From assembly GCA_037441675.1 (NCBI GenBank), contig JBBIRS010000002.1, forward strand, positions 71,249 to 135,248: 64,000 nucleotides of DNA, read 5' to 3'. Positions 18,019-28,147 of this stretch are shown in pieces; within the stretch, counting starts at the first letter, position 1, and each line of letters begins with the position of its first letter. Source of the DNA: Planctomycetales bacterium. Its GTDB lineage: Bacteria > 4484-113. The translations under genes were made by a program, and so were the position numbers. Below the pieces are notes generated by a model. It did no database searches. It was not told where the DNA came from and was given only the letters and a program-made list of their open reading frames with translations.

Positions 18019-20979
18019 CTATGGACGTCTATAGCGCTCTATAATTGTGTTCATACCCTGTTCGCCAACACCAGATAACATAAAGTACTCGTAACGTGTA
18101 GTACTGCCAATATCACGCACCACTTGACCGAAGCCAAACCAAGCCCTGGGCAGTAGAGTATGTGGCGCATACGACACAGAACCATCATCCTGAATTTCTA
18201 TTATACTAGAAGTGTATCCATCAACAGTGCGTCCCGCGAACTGACGGTAAAGGAAACCGCGTCCTGGGTTTTCGAACTCCCAACCAGCGCCATGTCCGAT
18301 AGCAGCTTCAGGTAGATAACCGACCGTTGTCCAAGTACCCGTAGTGGGAGATTTAATGCTGTTAAAGGTAAATTTATCCACCTGGGCTATGTAATTACCG
18401 TTACGATCATATCCACCTATTACCACTATCTGCCAAGGTCTATTAGAACCCAAGTCTGGAGGGATAACAAAAGCCTTGTGATAAGCTCGCTCAATAGGCA
18501 TATCTACAACAGGCGAGTAATCTCCAGGTCTGGGTTCCTGTCCTTCTTGTCGCTGGGGTGGAGGCATACGGGTGTCAAACCATCTCATTGTTGGTACTAC
18601 ATGCTCGTTACCCTGTTCATCCTGCTCAATACCACCAAGAATGAATATGTAGTAGAAGGGGCTTTCTGGCCATACCGGCGCAAATACACCTACAGACTCA
18701 ATCGTTACAGCGGCACTACCATATAGCGGACGGGGCAGTGGGGCAAGCGGGACTGCACCTGTCCCACCACCGCCACCAGCCTCCCTAGGTGGACGGTCGG
18801 GAACAATGGGTGGATTAATAACATCACCTTCCTGAGGCCACAAATCCCAGTCATGAAACTGGAATCTGTTGCTCCAGATGTCAACCATATTGTTGGTGAC
18901 CTGAGCGTCAGGCTCACCATCACCATTTGAGTCTGTATCTACTGGAAGGGCTTCAGTACCAAAACCCGGTGGGTAATACTTTTGCACAATGTCCAATGGG
19001 TTTCCGCTTGTATCCCTACCACCAAAAACGTAAATCACAGGTATACCGAGCCTACCATCTGGTTCTGGAACTTCTCCACCGTAAGGTACTGCCGGGTTTG
19101 TATCAACGGGTTCGTGGACTAAAGCGGCAGCTGCTGAGCCTCTGGGAATGAAGTTGTCTCCTCTAATAATGTTGCGGTCATTAGATGGAACTCGTGAGTA
19201 GGGAGGCCCATAAAAATCAGGGTTGGACACTATAACATTCCCCATTCCGTCTCTAGGATAAGGAGGATAGCCCAAAACATTTAGCTGAGTCCAACCGCCA
19301 TCAGCATATCCATATCCTTGAGAAGGATCGCCAATATCTGAGCCGCTAATGTTCAATGCCCAAGCTGAATCGGTAAGGCCTAAAACTGACTGAAACTCGC
19401 CGTTTTGGGAGAGAATCTCTCCACCAAATAGGTAAACCACGCCACTTCTATGAGTCACCACTGCAGAATTAGCCCTTGGAGTGAAATCCGCATTCCAACC
19501 AAGTGACCATCTAGAATCTCCGACCTTTATTCCACGAAAAGCAAGGTAAGCATCAGCCGGTTCAGGTGGAACTGGAGTAATCCTAAGCAGATTACTCTCA
19601 GCCTCAACTCCATTGGCATCCTTTATAGTCAAACGAATAACATAAGGTGAACCAACACCACTTACATCATTAGCATCAACATTACCATCACCGTTGGCAT
19701 CATAATCAACCCTAACCTCTTGTCCCAAATAAGTTCCAAAGACAAATGTTGGAGTTGCATCATTAGATTGAGAGGGAACAATTACAGCGTCACTATCCAA
19801 ATAAGGCTGGGGAACTCTCGGCGGAGACACTATTGAAGGATTGTCAAGAGTAGGCGTAACGTCGGTAAATACCTGCCAGTTGTAGGTAATTGGCTCTCGT
19901 GCACCGGTTATGAATGCCTTAGGCTCTACTTTAAATGGTGCGGCACCGCTAGTTTGGTCAGCAGAAATAGTAACAGTAAGGACAGGTGCTGGAAAAACGT
20001 TAATAACAGCGGCGCCACTAACTTCTTCTACCATTTGGGCGTCACGGACATATACATGAGCTAGATACTGACCTGTGCTTTCGTAAATATGTTGCGCAAA
20101 TGAGTTAAGTGACCAGTCAGTAGTGACACCATCTCCAAAATCCCACCTGAACATATAGGGCGACTGCCCTCCTGAGGCTCCTGCGGTAAATTCAACCGGC
20201 AGTGGAGCTTGCCCTGCAACTGGGTTGGCGCGGATTGACGGCGAAAGTTGTCCACGGGGAACAACGTTGATTATCACCTGCCAATCGGGACGCCCGTCTC
20301 CATTGGTGTCATCAAGGGTTGAACGCTGAATTCCTCTGTTATCAACTACGGTTAAGCTTGGGTAGTAATAATATTCGGTTGAACCACCAACATCAGTTGG
20401 ACGTCCAGGAGAGGTATAAGTCCATACGACTTTCGGGGATGAAGAATCTGTTATCCCGTCACCATCCAAATCCCACCTGTAGATATAGGGAGGACTTCCA
20501 CCAGTTACTGCCGCTTCAAAAGTCACTTCAAGCGGAGCAGTGCCTGCGGATACGGACGCGGTAAACTGAACAGTTAAGGGTGGAGTTTGGCCAGGTGGCT
20601 CAGTAGCGGTTATCGTAATTGAGCGCTGAACAACTACAACTTTGTTGTTTGCGTCTGTAACAGTTAGTTTTACAATGGTTGAGCTATTGAAAGTTTTAAA
20701 GGGATTTGTTTCTGTTGAATCGCTGACTCCATCACCATTGAAGTCCCACTCAAACCTGTATGGCGCCTTCCCGCCAAAAGCGTAGGCGGAAAAAGCAACT
20801 GTAAGTGGAGCAGGACCTTGCTCTGGCTCGGCGGTTACAACGACAGAAAATGCAAGCCCAGTATCTCCTTGCCCGCCGCTGGGTGGCGGAGTTGTTCCAC
20901 CATTTCCTCCACCGCCACAGGCGGAGAACAAAAATAAAAGCGTCAATAATCCACTTAAAATTCTTAAATTTCTTTTCAT
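18019..20979 (-). CDS. Large surface lipoprotein with about four PKD domains and Kelch repeats
   Basis: Lipobox FSAC-GGGG; repeated GxAPLxVxF...GGxxPYxxxWDxxxDG PKD units; Kelch motifs VYLFGG, IYVFGGR, IFILGG, IVVIGG. Confidence 0.85.
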   Translation of the reverse strand: MKRNLRILSGLLTLLFLFSACGGGGNGGTTPPPSGGQGDTGLAFSVVVTAEPEQGPAPLTVAFSAYAFGGKAPYRFEWDFNGDGVSDSTETNPFKTFNSSTIVKLTVTDANNKVVVVQRSITITATEPPGQTPPLTVQFTASVSAGTAPLEVTFEAAVTGGSPPYIYRWDLDGDGITDSSSPKVVWTYTSPGRPTDVGGSTEYYYYPSLTVVDNRGIQRSTLDDTNGDGRPDWQVIINVVPRGQLSPSIRANPVAGQAPLPVEFTAGASGGQSPYMFRWDFGDGVTTDWSLNSFAQHIYESTGQYLAHVYVRDAQMVEEVSGAAVINVFPAPVLTVTISADQTSGAAPFKVEPKAFITGAREPITYNWQVFTDVTPTLDNPSIVSPPRVPQPYLDSDAVIVPSQSNDATPTFVFGTYLGQEVRVDYDANGDGNVDANDVSGVGSPYVIRLTIKDANGVEAESNLLRITPVPPEPADAYLAFRGIKVGDSRWSLGWNADFTPRANSAVVTHRSGVVYLFGGEILSQNGEFQSVLGLTDSAWALNISGSDIGDPSQGYGYADGGWTQLNVLGYPPYPRDGMGNVIVSNPDFYGPPYSRVPSNDRNIIRGDNFIPRGSAAAALVHEPVDTNPAVPYGGEVPEPDGRLGIPVIYVFGGRDTSGNPLDIVQKYYPPGFGTEALPVDTDSNGDGEPDAQVTNNMVDIWSNRFQFHDWDLWPQEGDVINPPIVPDRPPREAGGGGGTGAVPLAPLPRPLYGSAAVTIESVGVFAPVWPESPFYYIFILGGIEQDEQGNEHVVPTMRWFDTRMPPPQRQEGQEPRPGDYSPVVDMPIERAYHKAFVIPPDLGSNRPWQIVVIGGYDRNGNYIAQVDKFTFNSIKSPTTGTWTTVGYLPEAAIGHGAGWEFENPGRGFLYRQFAGRTVDGYTSSIIEIQDDGSVSYAPHTLLPRAWFGFGQVVRDIGSTTRYEYFMLSGVGEQGMNTIIERYRRP

Positions 20980-21111
20980 TTCTCCATTACCCCAAGCTTG
21001 TTAGTTATTTTATACAATGTATTTTACCCAAAAAAAAGATTTTTGAGAAATTAAAATAAAAAAGAGATTTTGAGCTTCTAAGACACCTTCACTTCGAGAA
21101 AAATAAAACCT

Positions 21112-21675
21112 TTACTTTTTCACCCGCTCAATGTAAGTTAGCGTCCTTGTGTCCACTTTAACTATATCACCTTCATTTACAAAAAGGGGAACCTGAATTT
21201 GCAAGCCTCCCTTTAGGCGTGCCAATTTTGTCGCAGCGGTCGCGGTATCTCCTCTTACGCCAGGTTCAGCATATTCAACCTCCACTAATACCGCCGTTGG
21301 CAGAGATGCATCAATAACACTTTCCTCACAAATATCAAGGTAGACTGGTTCGCCCTCCACAAGGAGCTTAGCCCGTTCGCCCAGCATTTCTATCGGAACT
21401 GAAATCTGTTCATAAGTTTCATTGTCCATTACTATCATGCTAGAACCTTCAGTGTAAAGGTAAACCATTTCGCGACGCTCGACCCTAACATCATTTATTT
21501 TCTCTTCGGTACGAAAAGTCTCGTCAGTTATGGCGCCAGTCCGAAGGTTTTGTATTTTGGCGCGGACAAAGGCAGGTCCCTTGCCCGGCTTTACATGTAA
21601 AAACTCCAAAACACGGTAAATTTCACCGCCCTTCTCAAAAGTTGTTCCGTTCCTAAAGTCATTTGGCGTAATCAT
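21112..21675 (-). CDS. efp: Elongation factor P
   Basis: HVKPGKGPAFVRAK loop, EPGVRGDT, VPLFVNEGD. Confidence 0.98.
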   Translation of the reverse strand: MITPNDFRNGTTFEKGGEIYRVLEFLHVKPGKGPAFVRAKIQNLRTGAITDETFRTEEKINDVRVERREMVYLYTEGSSMIVMDNETYEQISVPIEMLGERAKLLVEGEPVYLDICEESVIDASLPTAVLVEVEYAEPGVRGDTATAATKLARLKGGLQIQVPLFVNEGDIVKVDTRTLTYIERVKK

Positions 21676-21696
21676 AGCTCAATCCCTTCTCGGTTA

Positions 21697-22779
21697 CTAT
21701 GAAATTACCAGTAATTCAGAAGATAGATTATTCAACTTCTTTAGCCCATCTTTCTTGACCAAGTACATATCCTCTATTCTAATTCCACCCTGCTTGGCAA
21801 GATAGATGCCAGGCTCAATGGTTATCACTGAGCCTTCCTTTAATATATGTTTGCTGGTCTTTGAAACACGTGGCGCTTCATGAACTTCAATGCCAACACC
21901 GTGACCAAGTCCATGACCAAAAAGGTCTCCGTACCCCTCACCATCTATTACAGCTCTGGCTGATTTGTCAAGCTCAAAGCATGAAATTCCAGCTCTCCCG
22001 TAACTCGCAGCAATCTCTTTAGCTTCATAAACAATGCTGTAAAGTCTCTCCCAACCTTCTGAAAATCCACCAAAGAAAATCGTTCTCGTTAGATCACTGC
22101 AATAACCTTTGTAGGAGACACCAAGGTCTAGAGTAATAGGGACACCAGGTATAACTTGTTGATTGGAAAAGCCCGCGTGGGGTTTTGCAGAATTGGGGCC
22201 AAAGGCTACTATGGGTGAAAAACTCGCTTTCTTTACATCTCTTTTGCGGATTCTATACTCAAATTCCGCGGCTATATCCATCTCTGTAACCCCTATCTTT
22301 AACACCGAAACAATCTCCTTGAAAACTTCCTCGACTATCCTTACTGCTTCCACCACCAAGGAAATCTCTTCCTCTTCTTTCACCTCCCTGAAGGCTTCAA
22401 CGACACCGCTCAATGGCACAACCAAAAAGGAATCTGAATGCTCTTTAAGTTGCTCAACTTGGGTAAAAGAGAGATAATCACCCTCCACACCAAGTCTCTG
22501 GAACCTGCATACATCTTTAAGCTCAAGGAGTTTTTTATGAAGAGGCTCGTCATAAAAGTTGATAAGTTCATAGCCTTGATTAACCTCTTCATAAAATTGC
22601 TCTTTATACCTAAAGTCTGTTAAGAACAAAGCCTTGTTCTCAATGATGAGTAATTGTGCGGTGGTACCGGTAAATCCAGAGAGATAAAATATGTTGGGAA
22701 GCTTACTGATAAGCATCGCATCAACTTTATGTTTCGCAAACTCTTGACGAATTAAATTTAATCTCGCGCTAAAATCCAT
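21697..22779 (-). CDS. Xaa-Pro aminopeptidase/dipeptidase (M24B)
   Basis: YLSGFTG, DFRY, GYCSDLTRT, HGLGHGVG, TIEPGIY, GGIRIED; typical neighbour of efp. Confidence 0.93.
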   Translation of the reverse strand: MDFSARLNLIRQEFAKHKVDAMLISKLPNIFYLSGFTGTTAQLLIIENKALFLTDFRYKEQFYEEVNQGYELINFYDEPLHKKLLELKDVCRFQRLGVEGDYLSFTQVEQLKEHSDSFLVVPLSGVVEAFREVKEEEEISLVVEAVRIVEEVFKEIVSVLKIGVTEMDIAAEFEYRIRKRDVKKASFSPIVAFGPNSAKPHAGFSNQQVIPGVPITLDLGVSYKGYCSDLTRTIFFGGFSEGWERLYSIVYEAKEIAASYGRAGISCFELDKSARAVIDGEGYGDLFGHGLGHGVGIEVHEAPRVSKTSKHILKEGSVITIEPGIYLAKQGGIRIEDMYLVKKDGLKKLNNLSSELLVIS

Positions 22780-22912
22780 TTATCTTGCCTACTTGAATAA
22801 ATATTAAGGAAAGATTCTAAAATACCATATACAGTTTATCAATAGAGGTTTTACTACCCGAAAGAAAATCAATTTAAGCTAGAATACAAAGCATATTTAA
22901 TAAGTCATTATT

Positions 22913-23968
22913 ATGAGATCGGAAAACATAACGCTTGCGCATGGGAGCGGTGGCACGAAAACTCGGGAACTCGTTGCTCTTTTTGATTCCTATTTCAAAA
23001 ACCCAATTCTAGATTTGTTGGACGACTCTGCGCTTCTTCCAGCTGATTTGATGAAGCAGGGACGACTAGCTTTCACTACGGATAGTTTTGTAATAAAACC
23101 CGTTTTTTTTCCGGGAGGAGACATAGGTAAACTTGCGATTACCGGAACCGTGAACGACTTGTGTTGTCTTGGGGCGGAGCCTAAATTCATTTCAGCTGGC
23201 TTTATTATAGAAGAAGGCTTTCCCATAGCTGAATTGGAGAAGATTGTATCAAGTATGGCTTTTCAGGCAAGGGAATGCGAAATCTTAATCACCGGCGGTG
23301 ACACAAAAGTTGTTGGGAAGGGACAAGCGGATAGCATCTATATAAACACCTCTGGTATTGGAGTGGTGCCGGATAACGTTTCTGTGGGTGCGCACCTTGT
23401 TAAACCGAAGGATAAGATTATTTTAACTGGTACACTTGGAGACCATAGTATAGCTGTAGCTATCGCAAGAGAAGAGTTGCCTCTGATGACTGATATTACT
23501 AGTGACTGCCAGGCGCTCAATACGCTAGTCAAAACAGCACTCACCGCTGTTGGAGCAGATTTACACGCAATTCGCGATGTAACCAGAGGGGGTTTAGCTG
23601 GAATACTCAATGAGATTGCTCATAGTTCCAATGTAAATATACTAATTGAAGAGGACAAGCTTCCCGTGAAGAGTGCAGTTAGCGCTGCGTGTAGTCTTCT
23701 TGGTTTTGATGTCCTTCATTTGGCAAATGAGGGGAAAATGGTTCTTTTCGTTTCGGAAGATAAGGCGGAACACTTACTTAATATAATCAGCAAGCTGAAA
23801 GAAGGCTCTGATGCCCAGATAATTGGAAGTGTTCTCACAGATAGTGAAATGGCGCAACTGGGTATTGAATCAACACTTGCTACTGCGCCTGTGATTATGC
23901 GCACTATAGTTGGCGGGCTGAGAGTGGTGGAATCACCAATTGGAGAACTGCTTCCGCGAATCTGCTAA
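22913..23968 (+). CDS. hypE: Hydrogenase maturation carbamoyl dehydratase HypE
   Basis: LAHGSGG, TTDSFV, GTVNDL, GGDTKVV, RDVTRGG, ANEGK and C-terminal PRIC. Confidence 0.96.
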   Translation: MRSENITLAHGSGGTKTRELVALFDSYFKNPILDLLDDSALLPADLMKQGRLAFTTDSFVIKPVFFPGGDIGKLAITGTVNDLCCLGAEPKFISAGFIIEEGFPIAELEKIVSSMAFQARECEILITGGDTKVVGKGQADSIYINTSGIGVVPDNVSVGAHLVKPKDKIILTGTLGDHSIAVAIAREELPLMTDITSDCQALNTLVKTALTAVGADLHAIRDVTRGGLAGILNEIAHSSNVNILIEEDKLPVKSAVSAACSLLGFDVLHLANEGKMVLFVSEDKAEHLLNIISKLKEGSDAQIIGSVLTDSEMAQLGIESTLATAPVIMRTIVGGLRVVESPIGELLPRIC

Positions 23969-24015
23969 ATAGAATTATGGAACATAAAAACCGCTAAACT
24001 AGGCTAGGCTAAACT

Positions 24016-25635
24016 TTAGCCATGACCACCAGAATCTTTCATCATCATATTTATCACGTAAGTGTAAGAAACAACTTGGTTTCTTCCGTTACGCTTAGCA
24101 AAGTAGAGTGCGGTGTCCGCAAACTCAATGAACTGCGCCACGCTTCTTGGACGATGGTCTAGGAATGATGCAACTCCAATGCTTGCTGTAACCTTAATGA
24201 AGATGTTTTCAGGCGCTACGTAAAAAGTATGCCCTGCTATCAGCCTGCGAAGCCTGTTAGCCACCATTTCCGCCTCTCTTAAATGCGTCTCTGGTAGGGC
24301 AAGAACAAATCTCTCACCGGAATACCTTGAAATAAGATCGGTTGAGCGGTGATTATCCAAAATAATTCTAGATATCTCCCTCAAGATATTGTCCCCTTCC
24401 TCAAAGCCATAGGTATCATTGATGTCCTTGAAGTGGTCAATATCCACAAACAAGATCGAAAAAGGAACGTTGTATCGCATAGATCGTTCAAACTCCCGCT
24501 CAACTAGATAGTAGAAATGGCGCTGATTAAATAGCCCTGTTAGATTATCCTGATACTCTAGCTCCTGGTTCGCGACCATTAGATAATTTTTCTTAAGATG
24601 CATTCCAAGATGATGACTCATAACTTTTACGAATTGCCTAGAGTCATCTGTATAATTGAAACTTGCAGGTGAAACTACTCCAATGAGACCGAATAAGTTG
24701 TTATCAAGATATATTGGGAAAAACTCCACACTTGCGCTTTCAACAATTGAAGATGAGCCGGTCTCAACTAAAAGTTCTTCCCCTGAAATGATGGAAACGT
24801 CTGAAAGGGAAAAACTAGATTTGCCAGATTTTTTAGGCCATTCCTGAGAAAACCTCTCCACTAACCACCTTACATCATCCTCGCTCGCCTTTTCTGCTAG
24901 GGATACAATAATCTCCTCACCCTTCTCTAATGGGTTAAATATCATCCCCCAGAAATTAAACGGAATGCACTCCCTGAGTAGTTGAGAGAAATTTGAGACT
25001 ATAGACTCTGTGTCAGCAATCGTATTAACAGATTCGATAAAATCGTCAAGTAACTGGAAATATCTGCTTCTCTCAGTTAAACGAGTGCCATATTCTTCCC
25101 CACGTTCTTCCTTGAGAAATTGCCAGTGAAAAAGAAGCTGGCCTATTTGCTCTGCAATCGTCTCCAGTTCAATCCTTCTCTGTCTAAGTTCTTCTACCTG
25201 ATAAACCGATAGGTCAGAAAGGCATAAAACTCCAACCACCTCATTTTGAAAACGGAGAGGAATAACAGCGCAGGCTGGAGTACGATAGGATTGGGCAAAT
25301 GGCGACATTAACTCTGGAAAAGCTTCAATATTATCAGTGATGAAGGGCTCTCGTTCACGAGTAACCTTGCTTACCACAAGCTTGGTAAGGTTGATGTCCC
25401 TACCCCGTAAACGGAAGCCTATGTTGGTAATCCCAACTATCCTATCCGTAGCCTCATCATATTCAACAATTGAAACGCGCTTAAACTTTAGGTCTAACGC
25501 TAATCTCTTTATAACCTGCAGGGGAAGGTTTCTTGCCTCACCTAAATTAATCATAGCGATATGCTTTTGAAGGACGCTAAAGTTAAAGTGCCCTCTTACA
25601 CCACCAGATCTACTGTATAATGAAGATTCCATCAC
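24016..25635 (-). CDS. GAF-GAF-GGDEF protein with a degenerate active site (SGERF)
   Basis: DNLTGLFN, DIDHFKDIND, RSTD I-site, ALYFAKRNGRN; two GAF-like N-terminal domains. Confidence 0.88.
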   Translation of the reverse strand: MMESSLYSRSGGVRGHFNFSVLQKHIAMINLGEARNLPLQVIKRLALDLKFKRVSIVEYDEATDRIVGITNIGFRLRGRDINLTKLVVSKVTREREPFITDNIEAFPELMSPFAQSYRTPACAVIPLRFQNEVVGVLCLSDLSVYQVEELRQRRIELETIAEQIGQLLFHWQFLKEERGEEYGTRLTERSRYFQLLDDFIESVNTIADTESIVSNFSQLLRECIPFNFWGMIFNPLEKGEEIIVSLAEKASEDDVRWLVERFSQEWPKKSGKSSFSLSDVSIISGEELLVETGSSSIVESASVEFFPIYLDNNLFGLIGVVSPASFNYTDDSRQFVKVMSHHLGMHLKKNYLMVANQELEYQDNLTGLFNQRHFYYLVEREFERSMRYNVPFSILFVDIDHFKDINDTYGFEEGDNILREISRIILDNHRSTDLISRYSGERFVLALPETHLREAEMVANRLRRLIAGHTFYVAPENIFIKVTASIGVASFLDHRPRSVAQFIEFADTALYFAKRNGRNQVVSYTYVINMMMKDSGGHG

Positions 25636-25791
25636 ATATGTCTATGAAACTGTTTTTCTGAATTGCTCAGAAGGATATAAAACCTTTATTTATCAATATA
25701 TTGTAACATAATTTAAGGCTTTTGGGTGGGGAGACAAAAGAAACGTGTGTTAAAATGCAGTAGCGCTGAAAATTAGTAGGAGTTCAAGATA

Positions 25792-26799
25792 ATGTCCTCA
25801 CTTAAACAAGGCACAGCTCTTCTTGAAGCTAGACACCTGAAGAAGCAGTTCTTGCTTTCAGGGAGAGCGGGGATATTTTCTCGTAGGAGAATGATTTCAG
25901 CCGTTGATGGAGTTGAAATCAACATAAACAAAGGTGAGATTTTAGGACTTGCGGGAGAATCGGGAAGTGGAAAGACAACGGTAGCGAGATTACTCACGGG
26001 CTTACTAAGAGCAGATGAGGGAAGCATTCTCTTTGAAGGAATTGAACTTACCAACTTGTCCCCTTCGCAACTTTTTAGAATGAGAAGAAATGTGCAGTTT
26101 ATCTTTCAGGACCCGGCTTCCTCACTGAATCCTAGAATGAAGGTCGGTTCGATAATATCAGAACCATTGGTGGTTCATAGAATTGGCAATTCCGCTAGTA
26201 GAAGGGAAAAGGTATTAAGTCTGATGAGAGAAGTGGGATTAAGTGAAGATTTAGCAAATAGGTATCCCAATGAACTAAGTGGCGGTCAGCGGCAACGCGT
26301 TGGTATCGCTAGGGCTTTGGCACTTCAACCAAAGTTTATTGTTGCTGATGAACCTGTTTCTTCTTTGGATGTTTCAATTCAAGCTCAGGTCCTTAACCTA
26401 ATAAAATCAATCCATCAAAAATTCTCTCTATCAGTTTTGTTCATTTCACATGATATTTCCGTTTTAAGGGCAGTATGCGAAAGTATTGCGGTAATGTATA
26501 TGGGCAAAATTGTGGAAGTGGGAAGGATAGAGGACATAATAAATAACCCGAAACATCCATATACCCAATCGTTAATCGCTTCCGTTCCGGTTCCGAATCC
26601 ACGAGAGCCCCATGCAACACACGTCTCATTCATTGAGCCCGTAAACACTTCAAATTATCACTCTGGATGTAAATTTGCTCCACGGTGCCCGTTTGTTATG
26701 GAAATTTGTCGTCAAGCTAATCCAAACTTATTCCCTATAGATAATATTTCGCATCTATCAGCATGTTTCTTGCATTATGATAGAGGTAAAAATGGTTGA
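25792..26799 (+). CDS. Oligopeptide/dipeptide ABC transporter ATP-binding subunit (OppF/DppF-like)
   Basis: GESGSGKT, LSGGQRQR, DEPVSSLD, HPYT and the C-terminal GCKFAPRCP...C...ACF extension. Confidence 0.92.
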   Translation: MSSLKQGTALLEARHLKKQFLLSGRAGIFSRRRMISAVDGVEININKGEILGLAGESGSGKTTVARLLTGLLRADEGSILFEGIELTNLSPSQLFRMRRNVQFIFQDPASSLNPRMKVGSIISEPLVVHRIGNSASRREKVLSLMREVGLSEDLANRYPNELSGGQRQRVGIARALALQPKFIVADEPVSSLDVSIQAQVLNLIKSIHQKFSLSVLFISHDISVLRAVCESIAVMYMGKIVEVGRIEDIINNPKHPYTQSLIASVPVPNPREPHATHVSFIEPVNTSNYHSGCKFAPRCPFVMEICRQANPNLFPIDNISHLSACFLHYDRGKNG

Positions 26800-27220
26800 A
26801 ATTCGCGAACGCAATCCAAAATTAAGATTACTTATCAATGCCATTATTACGCTTTTCTTCATAGCTATTTTTGCGTATTACCTTTTGGGTTTACTAAATG
26901 CTCGGTCGGAGGCAATACGGATTGACAGCGAGTTGATAGCGTTAGAAACTGACCTTATGGCAAAGCAGAGGGATTACTTAAAAGCGGAAACGGACTTCAA
27001 GGCTAGAAGGCAGTGGATGACTTCAAGAGAGTCAGTTGAAGCCTCAATGAAGATACAAGAACTGCAGGAGCAGTTAAAAACTGCCGAGAAAATAGTATCA
27101 GAAAGAAAGCTGAAGCTTGAAGAAAGACGTGATGAGATCCAGAAAGCTATTTACGCAATGATAATCTTAGTTATAGTCTATGCGGTAGTAATGTGGATTA
27201 ACTATATCTTGAACTACTAA
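26792..27220 (+). CDS. Hypothetical membrane protein (two TM helices flanking a coiled coil)
   Basis: Probable start ATG 26792 with GAGGT SD, overlapping the upstream stop. Confidence 0.65.
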   Translation: MVEIRERNPKLRLLINAIITLFFIAIFAYYLLGLLNARSEAIRIDSELIALETDLMAKQRDYLKAETDFKARRQWMTSRESVEASMKIQELQEQLKTAEKIVSERKLKLEERRDEIQKAIYAMIILVIVYAVVMWINYILNY

Positions 27221-28031
27221 GCCTCCTTCTCCTAGCTTCTTCAAGCCTCTTGATAACCGCATTCACAAAACGAGGTGGAAACCCCATCTTCTTTATCCGA
27301 CTGGGAGGATACTTCTTATCCACACGAAGATGAAGAACTTGATCAATCCTTTCAAAAACCTCCCTCATAGGGGCATCCAATGGGCTTTTCCAGAACTCCA
27401 TTCTGGGCTGGCGAATACGAACCTGTTCGGGCAACTCCAGGTATTCCGCTAGCTGAAAGGTATAAGTCTTGTACAATTTGATAAGAGGATTTGGAGCGGG
27501 ACCAAAAAGTCCACAGGATAGCCCCAAACCTAAAAGTTCATCCGTGCGATTGCCAGCAGAAAGATAGAGCATCTGTTCTTGCTCAGAAATATCCATCAGA
27601 ATTAGCATGCGAAATCTATCCAATATTTCACTTCTACGAAATTGGGCCTCGTCTCCGTGAAATGGAATTCTAAGTATATCCGCAAGCATCTCAACTGAGT
27701 CGGTAATGTCAATCCTCTTGAAACGAATCTTGAACTCTCTAGCAACTATAGCTGCATCCTTTACTCTCGCTTCGTCATCAGTAATGTATGTCAACTGAAG
27801 CGCATACACATTATCAGGACCTACAGCTCTGCAGGCGAGGGCACATAAAACTGAGCTGTCAACTCCTCCAGAAAGTCCTATTAGCACTTTGCTTCTACCT
27901 GAACTCTTGCTTAGATACCCTATCTCTTTTACTAGCTTATCTGTTAGTTTCTGGAGGTTAACCCTTGGCAAACCGTAAGGTTCTCTTGCCTTTCTTGTTC
28001 TGCGATTTGTGGATACTTTCCGATTTCTCAA
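27198..28031 (-). CDS. nadE: NH3-dependent NAD+ synthetase-like protein (divergent)
   Basis: GLSGGVDS PP-loop, RxRM and LYKT match NadE, but several downstream catalytic motifs are altered. Confidence 0.7.
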   Translation of the reverse strand: MRNRKVSTNRRTRKAREPYGLPRVNLQKLTDKLVKEIGYLSKSSGRSKVLIGLSGGVDSSVLCALACRAVGPDNVYALQLTYITDDEARVKDAAIVAREFKIRFKRIDITDSVEMLADILRIPFHGDEAQFRRSEILDRFRMLILMDISEQEQMLYLSAGNRTDELLGLGLSCGLFGPAPNPLIKLYKTYTFQLAEYLELPEQVRIRQPRMEFWKSPLDAPMREVFERIDQVLHLRVDKKYPPSRIKKMGFPPRFVNAVIKRLEEARRRRLSSSRYS

Positions 28032-28147
28032 ATCAGTTTAACTTTATCATAAAAAATGAGTTTTGATAACTAGTTGAAGTAAAAATTTAAGAAACATATA
28101 ATTATAGCATATTAAAAAAATATAAGAAAATATAAGAAAACAATAAT

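Noticed and set aside
28114..28140. Tandem TATAAGAAAA repeat
   Set aside because: Two copies in AT-rich intergenic DNA; consistent with slippage.
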